DNA of 61,861 nucleotides, counting the filler, from Globobulimina sp. (Eukaryota), in assembly GCA_003354225.1 (NCBI GenBank). It is 27 parts of 27 records of this genome, joined end to end, with 100 filler letters (N's around TTAATTAATTAA, not from the genome) between each part and the next. Parts side by side here need not be neighbours in the genome. Positions count along the whole stretch, not along the records: positions 20,665 to 22,859 come from PIVH01008269.1; positions 22,960 to 25,154 come from PIVH01008270.1; positions 25,255 to 27,449 come from PIVH01008271.1; positions 27,550 to 29,744 come from PIVH01008272.1; positions 29,845 to 32,039 come from PIVH01008273.1; positions 32,140 to 34,334 come from PIVH01008274.1; 21 more parts are not named here. One strand, 5' to 3'. This document shows, one piece after another, positions 20,801 to 32,941 of this stretch (its first letter is position 1; every line of letters starts with the position of its first letter). A program made the position numbers and the translations under genes. The notes under the pieces were generated by a model. It saw only the letters and a list, made by a program, of their open reading frames with translations. It searched no databases and was not told the origin of the DNA.

Positions 20801-22859
20801 TTATCCACGAGATAAATAAGGAAATTTATGTTTACAATAAACTTTAAACCTCCATGTCACAATACAGTTAATTATAATCATTAAAATACCAGCCATTAAC
20901 ATAAATATTTGTGTTTCATCCGATTCCTTTTCATAAAATCGAGTTCCAATATTTGAATTCCACATTGATTCTGTAAATATCAATGGAGTACCATTAGACA
21001 CCAATATATCTTCATCAATTTGCCATCTCTTTGTATTATAATTGAACTCCAAATGCGTATCCACTGCGGCATGGAAGTATGTATACGAATCCATGCAATA
21101 TTTACCATGGTTTGTCCCACCACACACTCTTCCTTTCCCGGCACAGTCTAAATTCCTCCCACAAGAACCAAATGTATCATCCGATTTCCTGGTTAGATTA
21201 GCAATAAATCGAAATACAAATTTCGCTGTTCCATGAATATCATCGTCCTCAATGATGCGATACACCGAAGTATAATGTGTAGGCGATGAATCTTTAGATT
21301 TCGGTGCAAAATTCGACACCAAATCGCAGGTCATATCCAAAAGCAAACATTCCAACAACTGCTCCACCAACAAACAATCTGCATTCACGTTCTGTGATAT
21401 GAATGTTTCATTATACTCAGCAGCATCACTCAATGACATTTTATACAACAATCTTGCATACAACGTCGACGCCATACAGATCTGTTCCACATTCAAATTA
21501 TTATAATACGAATCATAAACACTATGATACCATTTATTCCTATATTCCTGCGGATGATCAGTCAACACAACACCGGCAATGCCAAGCGATCCTTCCTCAA
21601 CATTTCCATTCAAAAATGACCAATATGAGCTCGGTGGAGTGCCTGGCAAATCCGACGAGTTTGCCGCTTCGATTCCAAAGCCCATTGCCTGTTCACTCGA
21701 TATTGTATCAGCAATATTCTTGGCATCATTTATAATGCTCTCAGTATATGGATCTGTGCCGTTATCCTCTGTCCTCTCATAATGAGCATATAACGTCCGT
21801 GTGACTTTATTATCCTTTCCTTTGTGAGCCATTCCAATTTGATTCAATTCTACAACAGCCTCAATGTTGGAAAAATTTAATTTAAGGAAATCCATGGAAG
21901 ATGCATATGGTTCCCAACAACCATAACCTGTACTTTCGGGCTTCATTGCTTTTCTGCATTGAAATGTAGCATTTTGCATATCATGCACAAATTTTCTGGA
22001 GCCCACAAAGTCATACGATTCGCCCTGAAAGGCAGCAAAGATAATTTGTTTATTGATGGCAGGCTTACTAGTATTTGCAGTGTTGTTTATGAGCATAGAT
22101 TTTATTTTGGATAATGCGTCAATGGCCGCCAACCAACCCACCAATCCGCCAATATTACCATTCCCGCCCCGGCATATATTTTGGTGAAATAAGCAGGTGG
22201 TATCCATTGATGTGGTAGCTATTATCAAATTATTTGCACTTTTTATACTCTGATTGTAGAGGTCTGTTTCATTTAAATTGTATTCTTGAAAAGTACTCCA
22301 CACAGAATAACCACCGACAGGTAAACAATTGTCCCGTTCTAAACATGTCTTACTGTCATTTCTACCAAACATTGGATAGGTGAATTCCACAAAATATGAG
22401 CCAAAATCACCTTTTCTGAGGCTCTCCTCATTGTTTTGGGCCCACTGTCGATCGACAAATACAAATGCATGAGTGCAAGGATACATTTTCAGAAAAATAA
22501 ATAAATAAATAAATACATTACACTCAACGCTCTTTATGTCGGCAGATTGTGAGGGAGAGAGTGCGATGATTGCAAACTTATATTCTCGCAAATTATTGAA
22601 TGTTCCAAATGGATTCCATATATAATTAAATTTATGTGATTGTGGCTTGAGATAATAAGATGGCGAATTTGAACCAGATGAATATCCATTTGATATAAAG
22701 GGTGGTTTTAATATTTCATCATCATCCGTTTCGCGTAAAAATATGACACCGTTGATAGACGTCAAGTTTTCAGCTAAATTATCAATTAAATTGGCAGTTA
22801 ATAGAGATAGTTGCATCACTACAGCTATTTTGTGATCGCTTGGATTTTGGTGAATGAGT
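20801..22859 (-). CDS. NCSTN: Nicastrin (gamma-secretase subunit), 5'-partial; probable in-frame intron 22445-22528
   Basis: CLERDNCLPVGGYSVW, FQGESYDFVGSRKF, PPSSYWSFL, GVVLTD...NKWYHSVYD, FTESMW, single C-terminal TM helix. Confidence 0.9.
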
Positions 22860-22959
22860 NNNNNNNNNNNNNNNNNNNNNNNNNNNNNNNNNNNNNNNNN
22901 NNNTTAATTAATTAANNNNNNNNNNNNNNNNNNNNNNNNNNNNNNNNNNNNNNNNNNNN

Positions 22960-23984
22960 TTGCCGTGGTGGTACGGCACTGTGCGTGGCATATCTGGCGG
23001 CGGCGGGTATGCTTTTACTTTGATTTTATACCGTGGCCCTTTGATGACTTTTGGGAGCTTATATCGTTGCTGTAGTGCTTGAGGAGTATGGCCGGGAAGG
23101 TCGGTCTGTCCGTTATGGAATTTGTCATAGATTTCGCCCGCTTGATGCACCACGCGGTTTTGATAGCGTTTGTAACGGTCGTATTCACTGTTTTCGCCGT
23201 TGGGCACTTCGTTGATGCGTTCGTTTTGTCGGCGGAATTTGCGCCATTGAGAGAGAGTGGGGAAGCCTGGATGAGGGCCATTATGCATGTTGCGGTCCCA
23301 CATTTGATTGCGCCATGGGTTACGGCCGCGCAATTTTGCTATTTGCTTTTTCTTTTTTTTGAGGGCACGTTTCCGAATGGCTTGTTCTACTTTGTTTTCC
23401 AGGTCTTTTTCAGATTGGGAGCGTCTGCCTTTTTTGCCTTTTTTACTTTTTTTGGCTTTTTTGCCGCGTTTTGTCTTCTTGCTATGTGGCCCGACGTGGG
23501 ATTTGTGCTTTTCTGCACGTTCCACAGCGTCTTGTGCTTGTTTTTCGAAGATTTGACTTAAGTCTGCGTCTTTAAAGTTGCCTTTGACCACTTTTGTATG
23601 TGGATGAACAAAGTTATCGGTGCCGTCATCACCATCATCAGTGAGATGAGATGATAATAAACGATGTCTATGCTTGGGGTTTATGGAGGATATATAGCTA
23701 ATTTCTCCAAAATCATCCATATTGAAGAAATCCAATCGTATGTTGTTGAAGGATAAGGATATGGTTTCATTCAAATTTATATTAAAAGTGATATTAATAT
23801 TGTTATTGAGTGGATATTTTATAATTTTATGTGTTTGTTGGATGGGGAATTTGTATGAATATGTTTTGAAATAAAATTGATAATCTTCTATGTCTAACTC
23901 TAATTTGTCCAATTCATTACAATATACAATGGAAATATGACAAATAATGAATGATAACGTTGATAAAAGTCTGTTATATTGCAT
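22960..23984 (-). CDS. Secreted protein of unknown function with a Lys/Arg-rich region (3'-partial)
   Basis: Signal-peptide-like N-terminus and a long ORF open to the contig edge. Confidence 0.6.
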
Positions 23985-24147
23985 GGTAAATGTGGTAATT
24001 AGTCTAAATTAGAAATGGTAAATGATTTTTTTGACAATTTAATTAATGAATTTTAATCCCTGTTTACAGAAACGTAATATAGTGACTTTAATCACTCTCC
24101 CATTGTGTCTACATAGCCTGAAAACTCTCAACTAAAAAAACTTTAAG

Positions 24148-24750
24148 CTATTTGAATTCACAAAATTCAAAGTGTTGATCAACAACCCGAACAGTTTGTG
24201 TCTTTTTCCCCATATCAAACATCAACGCAACATTAACATGTTTGTCAGTTGGTAATTTGGTGAAAAATACATAATTTATTTCATCCACATGCAATTCTTG
24301 AATGTTTATTTCAGCGTTCCATATTATTACATCTTTTGATACTGTATTTATTTTAATTGATATTTCTTCATTGGTATCAAACCATTGATACTTTATGAAT
24401 GAATTTGTGTCTTTCAGTGTTTTGTCAAATGATGTCGATGTTTTATAAAAACCATTGCCATATAAATACATTGAATCGTTACAGTTATTAAGATCATAAT
24501 CATGTCCATGGTTCCAATCAGTAAATGACGAGGTTATCAGTCCAATTCCGCAATGATGAGGCATACAAGATTCCATTTTAAATGTGATGGTACAAATAAT
24601 TTCATCCCTATTTGAGAAAAACTCACCAAACTGTAATGTACCAAATCTATTATTTTGCAGAGTTGCTGTCCAGTTTGTTATATCAAAAACAGACTCATTA
24701 TTTTCAATAAATTTCAAATATGTATCGCAATATGACCATATTAATTGCTT
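24148..24750 (-). CDS. SPRY/B30.2-like protein, C-terminal part; the N-terminus is replaced by foreign DNA
   Basis: TLQFGEFF...CGIGLIT...SMYLYGNG...WFDTNEEISIKINTVSKDVIIWN beta-sandwich pattern. Confidence 0.5.
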   Translation of the reverse strand, partial: KQLIWSYCDTYLKFIENNESVFDITNWTATLQNNRFGTLQFGEFFSNRDEIICTITFKMESCMPHHCGIGLITSSFTDWNHGHDYDLNNCNDSMYLYGNGFYKTSTSFDKTLKDTNSFIKYQWFDTNEEISIKINTVSKDVIIWNAEINIQELHVDEINYVFFTKLPTDKHVNVALMFDMGKKTQTVRVVDQHFEFCEFK

Positions 24751-25154
24751 CAGGAGATTTTGAGATATCAACCTTGGAAGCTCTGCTAAAACCACGGGGT
24801 GCATTAAAAAGAAACTGAATGTTATCGAAGTATAATAATGCTGAACTTTTCTTATATAATAAATCGAGTATTTCATTATCCCTTTGACTGGGGGAAGGTT
24901 TTCTCTTTTTGAATAAACGATCCAAACCTGGCATAATAAGGATGATATTTTTAGTGAACTTAATAAGGGTGAGTATCCTGTTCGGGTAAGTGGGTATATC
25001 CCAATGTTCGAAAACTTTATCCATATGTTCCACAGCCTCAACCCATTGAGACTTGTTGTATAATGCAATAGCAATGTTTTTTTCAAACATGGCCAACTTT
25101 TCGTGATCCGTTGGATCTTTATTAAATTTCAAATAAAGCTTTAACCCTTCCTGG
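24750..25154 (-). other. Bacterial-like helical/TPR-type coding fragment (probable chimeric contig end)
   Basis: Separate frame QEGLKLYLKFNKDPTDHEKLAMFEKNIAIALYNKSQWVEAVEHMDKV...SKSPEA ends abruptly at the junction. It resembles TPR regions of bacterial cyclase/AAA proteins (recall only). Confidence 0.45.
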
Positions 25155-25254
25155 NNNNNNNNNNNNNNNNNNNNNNNNNNNNNNNNNNNNNNNNNNNNTT
25201 AATTAATTAANNNNNNNNNNNNNNNNNNNNNNNNNNNNNNNNNNNNNNNNNNNN

Positions 25255-25355
25255 AGACAAGAAACTCAGCAGGTATAACCAGCGTTTTCTGGGATAAGGA
25301 CGTTTCAGGACAAACTGGAAGCGATGGAGGAACATCTAGCACCTCATTACTGATG
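25255..25355 (+). other. Prokaryotic GLUG-associated repeat-like fragment (probable chimeric contig end)
   Basis: ITSVFWDKDVSGQTGSDGGTSSTSLLM matches the S.FWD..TSGQ..S.GG...T..M pattern of prokaryotic surface proteins. Confidence 0.55.
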
Positions 25356-27447
25356 ACCGTTACCATTATTTATACGAGTTCGCGGGATGCGGCCACAAAA
25401 ATTGCGGCAAAGTTAGGTGCAAAGGGCGTCGCCACCGGTGCTTATCATGGCGGCATAAATAATAACACGAGAAACGACATTCAAGCCAAATGGGAACGAA
25501 ATCAGCTTCAATGTATAGTAGCAACGATAGCCTTTGGAATGGGAATTGACAAACCAGATATCCGATATGTAATACATTACGGAATGCCTGATAGCATAGA
25601 GGCGTATTATCAGCATACTGGAAGGTCTGTGTCTACGCATGTATCCATCCACGTTGCCATGATTAAAAAAAACTTTTCACTGTGCATCCTTGCTTAATAT
25701 TTACTTTTGCAGAGCTGGTCGAGATGGCAATAAGTCACAGTGCATTTTATTTTGGAGTCGCGGTGACTTTTCTAAATCGGACTGGCGCGCAAATCAAAGT
25801 AACTCGCAGCAAAATCAGAACCGCATTATCGCGCAAACACAGAAAATGAAACAATTTACATACAGTCGAGAATGTAGAATTGCATTCATTTTGCGCCATT
25901 TTGGCGAGGAGTTCAAAGAATGCGTAGATCGATGTGATAATTGCATACAAAATGAAAAGGAGAAAAGTAATATTTCCCACCGACACAATAATAACAACGC
26001 CAACCACGCAGAGAAAGACTATACCAACGAAGCAAAACATTTAGTCCGCGCATGCAGTGAAACTGGACAACGATTTGGTATCACGACACTTATCCATATG
26101 GTACATGGCAAAGAGAACAAATCCACGAACCGGGTGTTCAATATCAAGAACAAGCCATCGTGGAACACATTGAATAAGTATTCCAATGCATGGATCACTG
26201 CGTTAAGTCGCAAAGTCATCGAATTGGGCTTTTTGGGCGAAAAATGGATGAATGGCAATGGCAGTCAGTATCGAAGGGGGTATAAACGGATATATGTCAC
26301 GGACGAAGGCAATAAGTTATTGCGCGGATATTGCAGTGTTCCGCCATGGATTCCGGACAGTGATATGGTGAAAGCTGAGAAAGAAACGCGATCAAAAGTG
26401 TCTGCGTCCAGTAGATGGGCCTTTAACCGTTCTAAAGTGGCAAATATCACACCCCAAAGCCTCGAAAAATTCGCATTTAAAAGTAATAATAACGGTGGTA
26501 ATAGTAACCGGAAGCGCAGTTATTCGGAGGTGTCGATATCGGAGAATACAAAGGATATATTTAATAAACGCGCAGTCAGCGCACAGAAACGACGAAAAGT
26601 ATCTGATATTGGTACTGTTGTTGTGGCAGCAGAGTCGGTTAACAGTTTAATGGATTTAAGTCTATGTAATGGAAACAATACTAATCAGCAAAAAAAGCCA
26701 GAACTTCTGCAAAATCCGACAGGCGATGGTATGAAGGAGAAGTTGCTGACAATTCGTAAGCGGTTAGCTCAGAAAAACGGTTTGATTGCGTACCAAGTCG
26801 TTAGTAATGACGGCATTGACATATTGCAGAGATTTAGACCGAGTTCTGTTGAGAATCTAAAATTGCTGGACATTAAAGAGGCGTTTATCTCGAAATATGG
26901 CCGTATTGTCACGGGATGGATTAAGAAATATTGCGATAAGCATGCATTAGTTACAGATATGCATTTAAATATTACTGATAACACTGAGAATGGAATGGAG
27001 ATAGAGGACGAAAGCAAAGAGGATACGAATAAAGCAATTATTTTTGTGCCGCAGCAGACCGACTCCACTTTTTTCGAAGAGCCCGCATTGCCATCGATTA
27101 CGCGTCAATCGCAACAAATTTATGAGTCGTTTTGTTGCGGACAGAGTATAAATAATATTGTACGAACACGCGTGATCAAGCGAGAAACAGTGGAGAAATG
27201 CTTGTCTGATATGATTATCAATGGATATAAAATTGATTGGAATAAATTCGCATTTACCATTACGGAAATCAGAGAGTGTTTCGTTGTTTTGTCTCAGGTT
27301 GGAATTCAAGCCAATTATGATACGATTCGCGAGCGAAATGCGGCGGTATTGGCCAAATTAACTGATTCGCAAATTGATTTATTGATTGCTCGATATATTA
27401 TTGATAATTTTAAGAAGCCCAAAGCACGGAATTTTGGTAAAAAATAG
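25356..27447 (+). CDS. RecQ helicase, WRN-like C-terminal half (HELICc, RQC Zn plus winged helix, HRDC, C-terminal HTH); intron 25625-25712
   Basis: AYHGG, VATIAFGMGIDKPDIRYVIHYGMP and YYQHTGR|AGRDG across an 88-bp GT-AG intron; CR..IL.HFGE...CDNC; HRDC-like LLTIRKRLAQKNGLIAYQV...RPSS. Confidence 0.93.
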
Positions 27448-28233
27448 ATNNNNNNNNNNNNNNNNNNNNNNNNNNNNNNNNNNNNNNNNNNNNTTAATTA
27501 ATTAANNNNNNNNNNNNNNNNNNNNNNNNNNNNNNNNNNNNNNNNNNNNAGACCCAGCCTGAATGTTCCCCAATCCCCACTACTATATCCAGAAAATGCT
27601 GGTTAGCTTGACTTTGAGGCATGAGAGAGATACCTATTGTTGAAACAAGTGTTCATTTAGGCCTATACCAAAGAGTACGCGTATACTGTACTAAAGTGAA
27701 AACTTGGCAACTCTGATTATGCTAACATAAATCCTTGCACACAAAGTCACAAACTCATGGTAATTAAAAATTATTCCTATTCACGATCACTGATTTCTAC
27801 GCTTGTGAGTTGTCCATTAGTATATTATGTACGGACTACGGACCGTTTTTAGAAAAAGAGTCACTATATTAACACCGCACGCGTGTGTATATATTTTCTG
27901 CGTTGCAAAACTTGTACGTGTATATACTGTACGTATACCTTGGTTTCATTGGCAAACTGAGTATGATATAGGTATAACACGTATAGGTATAACACTGTAT
28001 CGTATAACTGACAGCTCACATAGTTCGAAAAAAAATAAAAGAATAAAATATAGCTCAATTTAAAACGAGGGAAAAAAGCAATATAAAAAAAAAATTCATG
28101 CAAACAATACAAAATAATGAAACACGAAATGCTAAACAGCCTAAACTAAAAAACACATCACAGACAAATATAATGGATAAGATTAAAAAATATATAAATA
28201 TAAATGTAAGATACATGTCGATATTAATTCGTA

Positions 28234-28758
28234 TTATAAAGTTAAATGATTATATTTGGTGCTATCCTTAGAACATAAATAATCGTATAACTCATCGTCA
28301 TCATCCTCGTACGTATCATCGCTGTGATTGTTACTCTCACATTTTACCTCTTTTATTAATGACATGGCATCCGACTCAGTGAGGGAATTGCTGCGCAAAT
28401 CAGGGAACGAAGCAAGAGATTTCCTATGGATTGTTCGGGGGGACACTACCAAGGGAGATAGCGGTAAAAAGGTAAACGTATCGATGTCATTTTGTTGCTG
28501 AGGAGTTTCCATCGGCATTGCAATTTTAACAATTTTCATTTGTTTTGTTTTCATTGCGTTTATTATTGAATTAATTATTATTTCATAATGAGGATCTTCA
28601 TTTAATTCCAGAGCATCGATCATTTCATCAATCACTGATTCTAATGATTCTTCGTCCGGTTTGTATGAAAAATCGACTTCTTGAAGTTGTCCCTTTGGAT
28701 TAATTATCACTTTCACACAAATTGTGTAGTTTATTTGCCGCGGATCGGTCTGCCTCAA
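28234..28758 (-). CDS. Fragment with a CCT-like (WNK/OSR1 C-terminal-type) domain
   Basis: KGQLQEVDFSYKPDEESLESVIDEMIDALEL resembles the I.F.F....D....VA.EMV..L pattern; the 5' part is missing. Confidence 0.4.
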   Translation of the reverse strand: MRQTDPRQINYTICVKVIINPKGQLQEVDFSYKPDEESLESVIDEMIDALELNEDPHYEIIINSIINAMKTKQMKIVKIAMPMETPQQQNDIDTFTFLPLSPLVVSPRTIHRKSLASFPDLRSNSLTESDAMSLIKEVKCESNNHSDDTYEDDDDELYDYLCSKDSTKYNHLTL

Positions 28759-29199
28759 TGATAATACTCTGGCTACAAATTCATTATCAGCATACGATAA
28801 ACTATTCTCTGTACATATTGTCGATCAATTCAAGGTACAAAACAAAACAAAGTATATAAAGTATGCCACCTGAAGCTGATGGATGATTGGGTTCCTCAGT
28901 CATTGCCGACATTGATTAAGGATGAAAAACAAAAAAAAAGGGTTTTGGGAGTACTAAAAGTTTTTTGGGAGTACTAACAGTTCAATACATTTTTGAAGCT
29001 AGAAATGAAGGTCAATCAATTAAATATATTAAATACTTGAATTTTATAACGGCAATTATTCACCTAACACATTCTTCATTGTTTCATCCAATTGGAGCGA
29101 TTTTGCAACAATCGCATCTTTTTGATCCTTGTTCAATTTCTATAATTTTTTTGTTTTGTTGTATCTTATTTTCAATAAAGTAAAGAATTAAACGTAACA

Positions 29200-29744
29200 A
29201 TCGTTGATGAAAAAACATTTTCTTTCCGATGCCTGATGCTATGTTTTCCTCCGACTTTCTGTGCTTTGTATAAATGCAATTTATTCATTAAATCTTTTAA
29301 ATTTTCATCCAATTTCTGTATTGTAATTAAATTCACAACAAATATATAAACATAAATATATATTTAAAGATATTATAACTTTATTTGCAACAATTTTCAA
29401 TGACTTCTCAGCTGAAAGTAATTGCGATTTTATTTTATTATATTTGTTAATATGTGATGTTAATTTATTTTTATCAAAAGTTATTAATTCAACTGCTTCT
29501 TCATTTAATTCTTGCTGTAATTTTTGCCATTCTTGTCCTTGTATTAACTGTGGATGATTTAATATTTTTGTAATTTTATGCTGTTGATCTGCATTTATAT
29601 TTTGTGAGTAAAAGAAAGATCTTAGTTTACTGTATAAACAATAAATACTTGTCATAATACGTAAATTCATTTGATTGGTAACATCTAATTCGCATTTATC
29701 CCAAACATTGAATAAAATGCTTTGGAAATTAATGTTTTCATCGA
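29200..29744 (-). CDS. Coiled-coil protein fragment (partial, spliced)
   Basis: ORF 29305-29670 is heptad-rich, with an apparent GT-AG intron near 29314-29380. Confidence 0.35.
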
Positions 29745-29844
29745 NNNNNNNNNNNNNNNNNNNNNNNNNNNNNNNNNNNNNNNNNNNNTTAATTAATTAA
29801 NNNNNNNNNNNNNNNNNNNNNNNNNNNNNNNNNNNNNNNNNNNN

Positions 29845-32039
29845 AGAGGAGGTATTTTGAAACCCACCGTTTTTCTTCCCCCTGGCCCAGAATGGGATGA
29901 ATGGATGAAGAAAAACCCTCCAGAACGTAAATTCGCCGTCGATGATCGAAGGTATGAAAGAGCTAAAGAAGAGTATGAAAGAACTCTACGTGGTGAAGCT
30001 AGCACTTGACCAGCTAGCTCAACAAGTGGCTCTAAACCCCGATGGAATGACAATCGATCATATGCAAGCAACAAAATGTTACAAATTGACTCCCCAGACC
30101 CCCCCGACTGGTACCAAAATGTAGTACAAGATGTATTAGAAGAAACTCATCAATTTGACCCTGAAACCTACAATGCTTTTTTAGGTCATCGAGCCAATGA
30201 CGATGACTCGGATTTTCACCCAGCGGCTGAACTTCAGGTGTTGGAAGCTCAGCGAACGCAAAAACCCTCATCTCTCAGCACCGTCGTCACCGCTAAACCA
30301 TTCCATAATATCTGTACCATTGGTGACGTTGTCAAAACCGACGCCATAGTAGGCGGCGAAACTATTAAAACAGTCTTAGATACCGGTTCTCAAGCTAATG
30401 TTGGTAATTCTACTTTAGTAAAAATTTTGGTTAAACATTATGCTGCCCTTGATAAAGCTCAACAACTCATTTGGGACGCTTCACTCGATATGATCGGTTG
30501 GGACGAAAATAGTACACGCAAAATGAAACACGCTGTTTTTCCCCAAATCACCATAAATGGTCACACCACTCGTATCTGTGTGTTCATTGACCCAAATGCC
30601 CGCCATACCTTATTGTTAGGTACCTCAGCGCTCCAAAACCTTCCTATTCAACTTGTCAATCAAATTACTGGCGAACCCTATCTCCCAAAAACAGTGAAAT
30701 TCAAAAAGTTGTCTTGTTCCCAATCAACCCAAACTGAACCATCAAAATCGCCCTCTATAAAACTATCCCATGTTACAAAAGATCTTCAACCATCAGTAAC
30801 TTTCACCCCAACCAATGTTTTTGCTCGCGATACTCTCTCTGACATAGATTATCTACGAGATGAGAATGGTCAAGTTAAGCCAGTACGATTGCCGTCTGGC
30901 CAAATTATCCATCCTGGTACCCTAGAAGGCGACTTTATGATACGAATGGCTCAAGCTAATTACATCCGAGAAAACAATTCGCCTCAAGACTCCAACAATC
31001 CCTCCAAAAGTACCCCAGTAGCCAAAGAGTGGGGTTTTGAAACCCATTCCAATAATAACTTTGACCCCACAGTAGATTTAGACATGACTACTGAACCCCC
31101 TAATGGACCCTTCGAAATCCATCTTTTACAAAAATTCAATTGTGAAGCAGAATCCTCTATTGTTTGCCCTGTTCAAACAGATGTCAAAAGTATACCACCC
31201 TTTTCTGATATCGAATTTGAACCGGACAATGACACCTTACTAAAATATGGAGTCGCAGCCCCCAATGCTATCATTCGCACCGATAAAGACGGTGTTGCTA
31301 ACATAGTTATCGATAATCCAAACCCCACTTTTAGAGCCCAAATGCCTAAAAACGCCAAATTAGGCAATGTCACCCCCTGCGAAGTGTCACCGAGTCCAGC
31401 AAAATTAATTACGGAGACACGAACATTGCCCCCAAACAAAATTCGTCGAAATAACATTCTAAAACGTCGATTGAAAACCAAATTTCGCGATTCCATACCC
31501 CTTATTTTAAATACTGAAATTGTCACCCAAATGGACGACCCTGAACGAAAAACTACTCTTAAATCTCTACTAGACCTATCCCATTTGCCTATTGACCGCC
31601 AAAAAGCCGTATATGACTGGCTTTTAGACCACCATGAAAACTTTTCCCTCTATAAAACCGATCTAGGCGACTGTGATTTAATCATGCATGAAATTGACAC
31701 TGGAGACACAAAACCTATTGCTTTACCCCTTCGTCGACTTCCTTTTGCAATGAGAGCGAGAGTTGAAGAGTCTATTAATAATTTGCTAGCAGCTGGCATT
31801 ATTCGTCCATCTCATAGTCCTTGGGCTTTTCCCATTGTTCCAGTGGTTAAAAAGGACAAAAGCCTAAGACTATGTGTCGATTTTCGCGAATTAAACAAAT
31901 TCACTAAATCTGACCAATTCCCTCTTCCCCGAATTGATGATCTAATTGATACGGTAGGTCGTGTCAAACCTATTATATTCTCAACCACTGATATGGCACA
32001 GGGGTTCCACCAACAACTCATGCATCCCAACAGCATAGA
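29845..32039 (+). mobile_element. Ty3/gypsy LTR retrotransposon internal fragment: gag end, in-frame TGA (30007-30009), aspartic protease, spacer, RT N-half
   Basis: VLDTGS protease motif; IRPSHSPWAFPIVPVVKKD..LRLCVDFRELN, FPLPRIDDL, DMAQGFHQ. Composition is C-rich and unlike the neighbouring contigs. Confidence 0.95.
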
Positions 32040-32941
32040 NNNNNNNNNNNNNNNNNNNNNNNNNNNNNNNNNNNNNNNNNNNNTTAATTAATTAANNNNN
32101 NNNNNNNNNNNNNNNNNNNNNNNNNNNNNNNNNNNNNNNTTGTTGGAGTCACACAAAATAATAATTTAATGGGATATTCAGTTTTTATCCAAGATTGGTC
32201 TGGTTATGGTCCCTTATGGAGCTGATTGTATTTGATTGTTGTAAATAAATGGAGCTGATTGAATAAAGCAATCATAATCTCAACACCGGCCACTGCAGCT
32301 TTTACCGTTTCGGGATTGTCCTTTTGTTTCCTCAAAAAAAGTACTATACAATTTCTGTGTTTCCTCACCACCGACCATCAGAGTCTCCATATCCGCCCAT
32401 AACACAACCTGACCACCACTATAATTATCATCCAAATTTTGAAAACTTCTCTCATATAAAAATCGCCATTCCAATATATTGACATTCCAAAATGAATCAT
32501 ATTTATAATTCTTTTCATAAATTTCATACGTTCCGTCATCAGAAGTTGCAGCCAAAAAATCTCCATTAAATGAACTAAAAGCAAAAACTCTAATAACATC
32601 TGTACATCCAAAATCACCCAAACTCCGCCTCGCCCCCATGAGCAACAACTACGATGGCCACTATAAGCGTTATAACCATGAGCATAAACTCCGTCATATA
32701 AACTGTTAGGATACAACAAATGTTTGCTAAATTGCATATGTTGCTGTCATTAATATTTGTTTGCCAGAAACGAGAAAGTTGTTATTTGCGGAACAACAGA
32801 GAAACAGGAAAAAGCAGTCAGAGCACCACAGAGCACTCAAAGCAGTCGAAACACCGAAAACACTTTCAAACAACGATATGTACATAAATAATTAAACATA
32901 TATATTTTAATACTTATGAATTAATAGTTAATATTTATGAA

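Noticed and set aside
28943-28977. Direct repeat TTTTGGGAGTACTAA x2 and similar pairs (27969-27995, 41380-41424)
   Set aside because: Each has only two copies with no associated element or gene context, so no function can be supported.
32280-32737. Two overlapping minus-strand ORFs with a beta-propeller-like flavour
   Set aside because: They are frameshifted and short with no recognisable family, and the left boundary looks chimeric.
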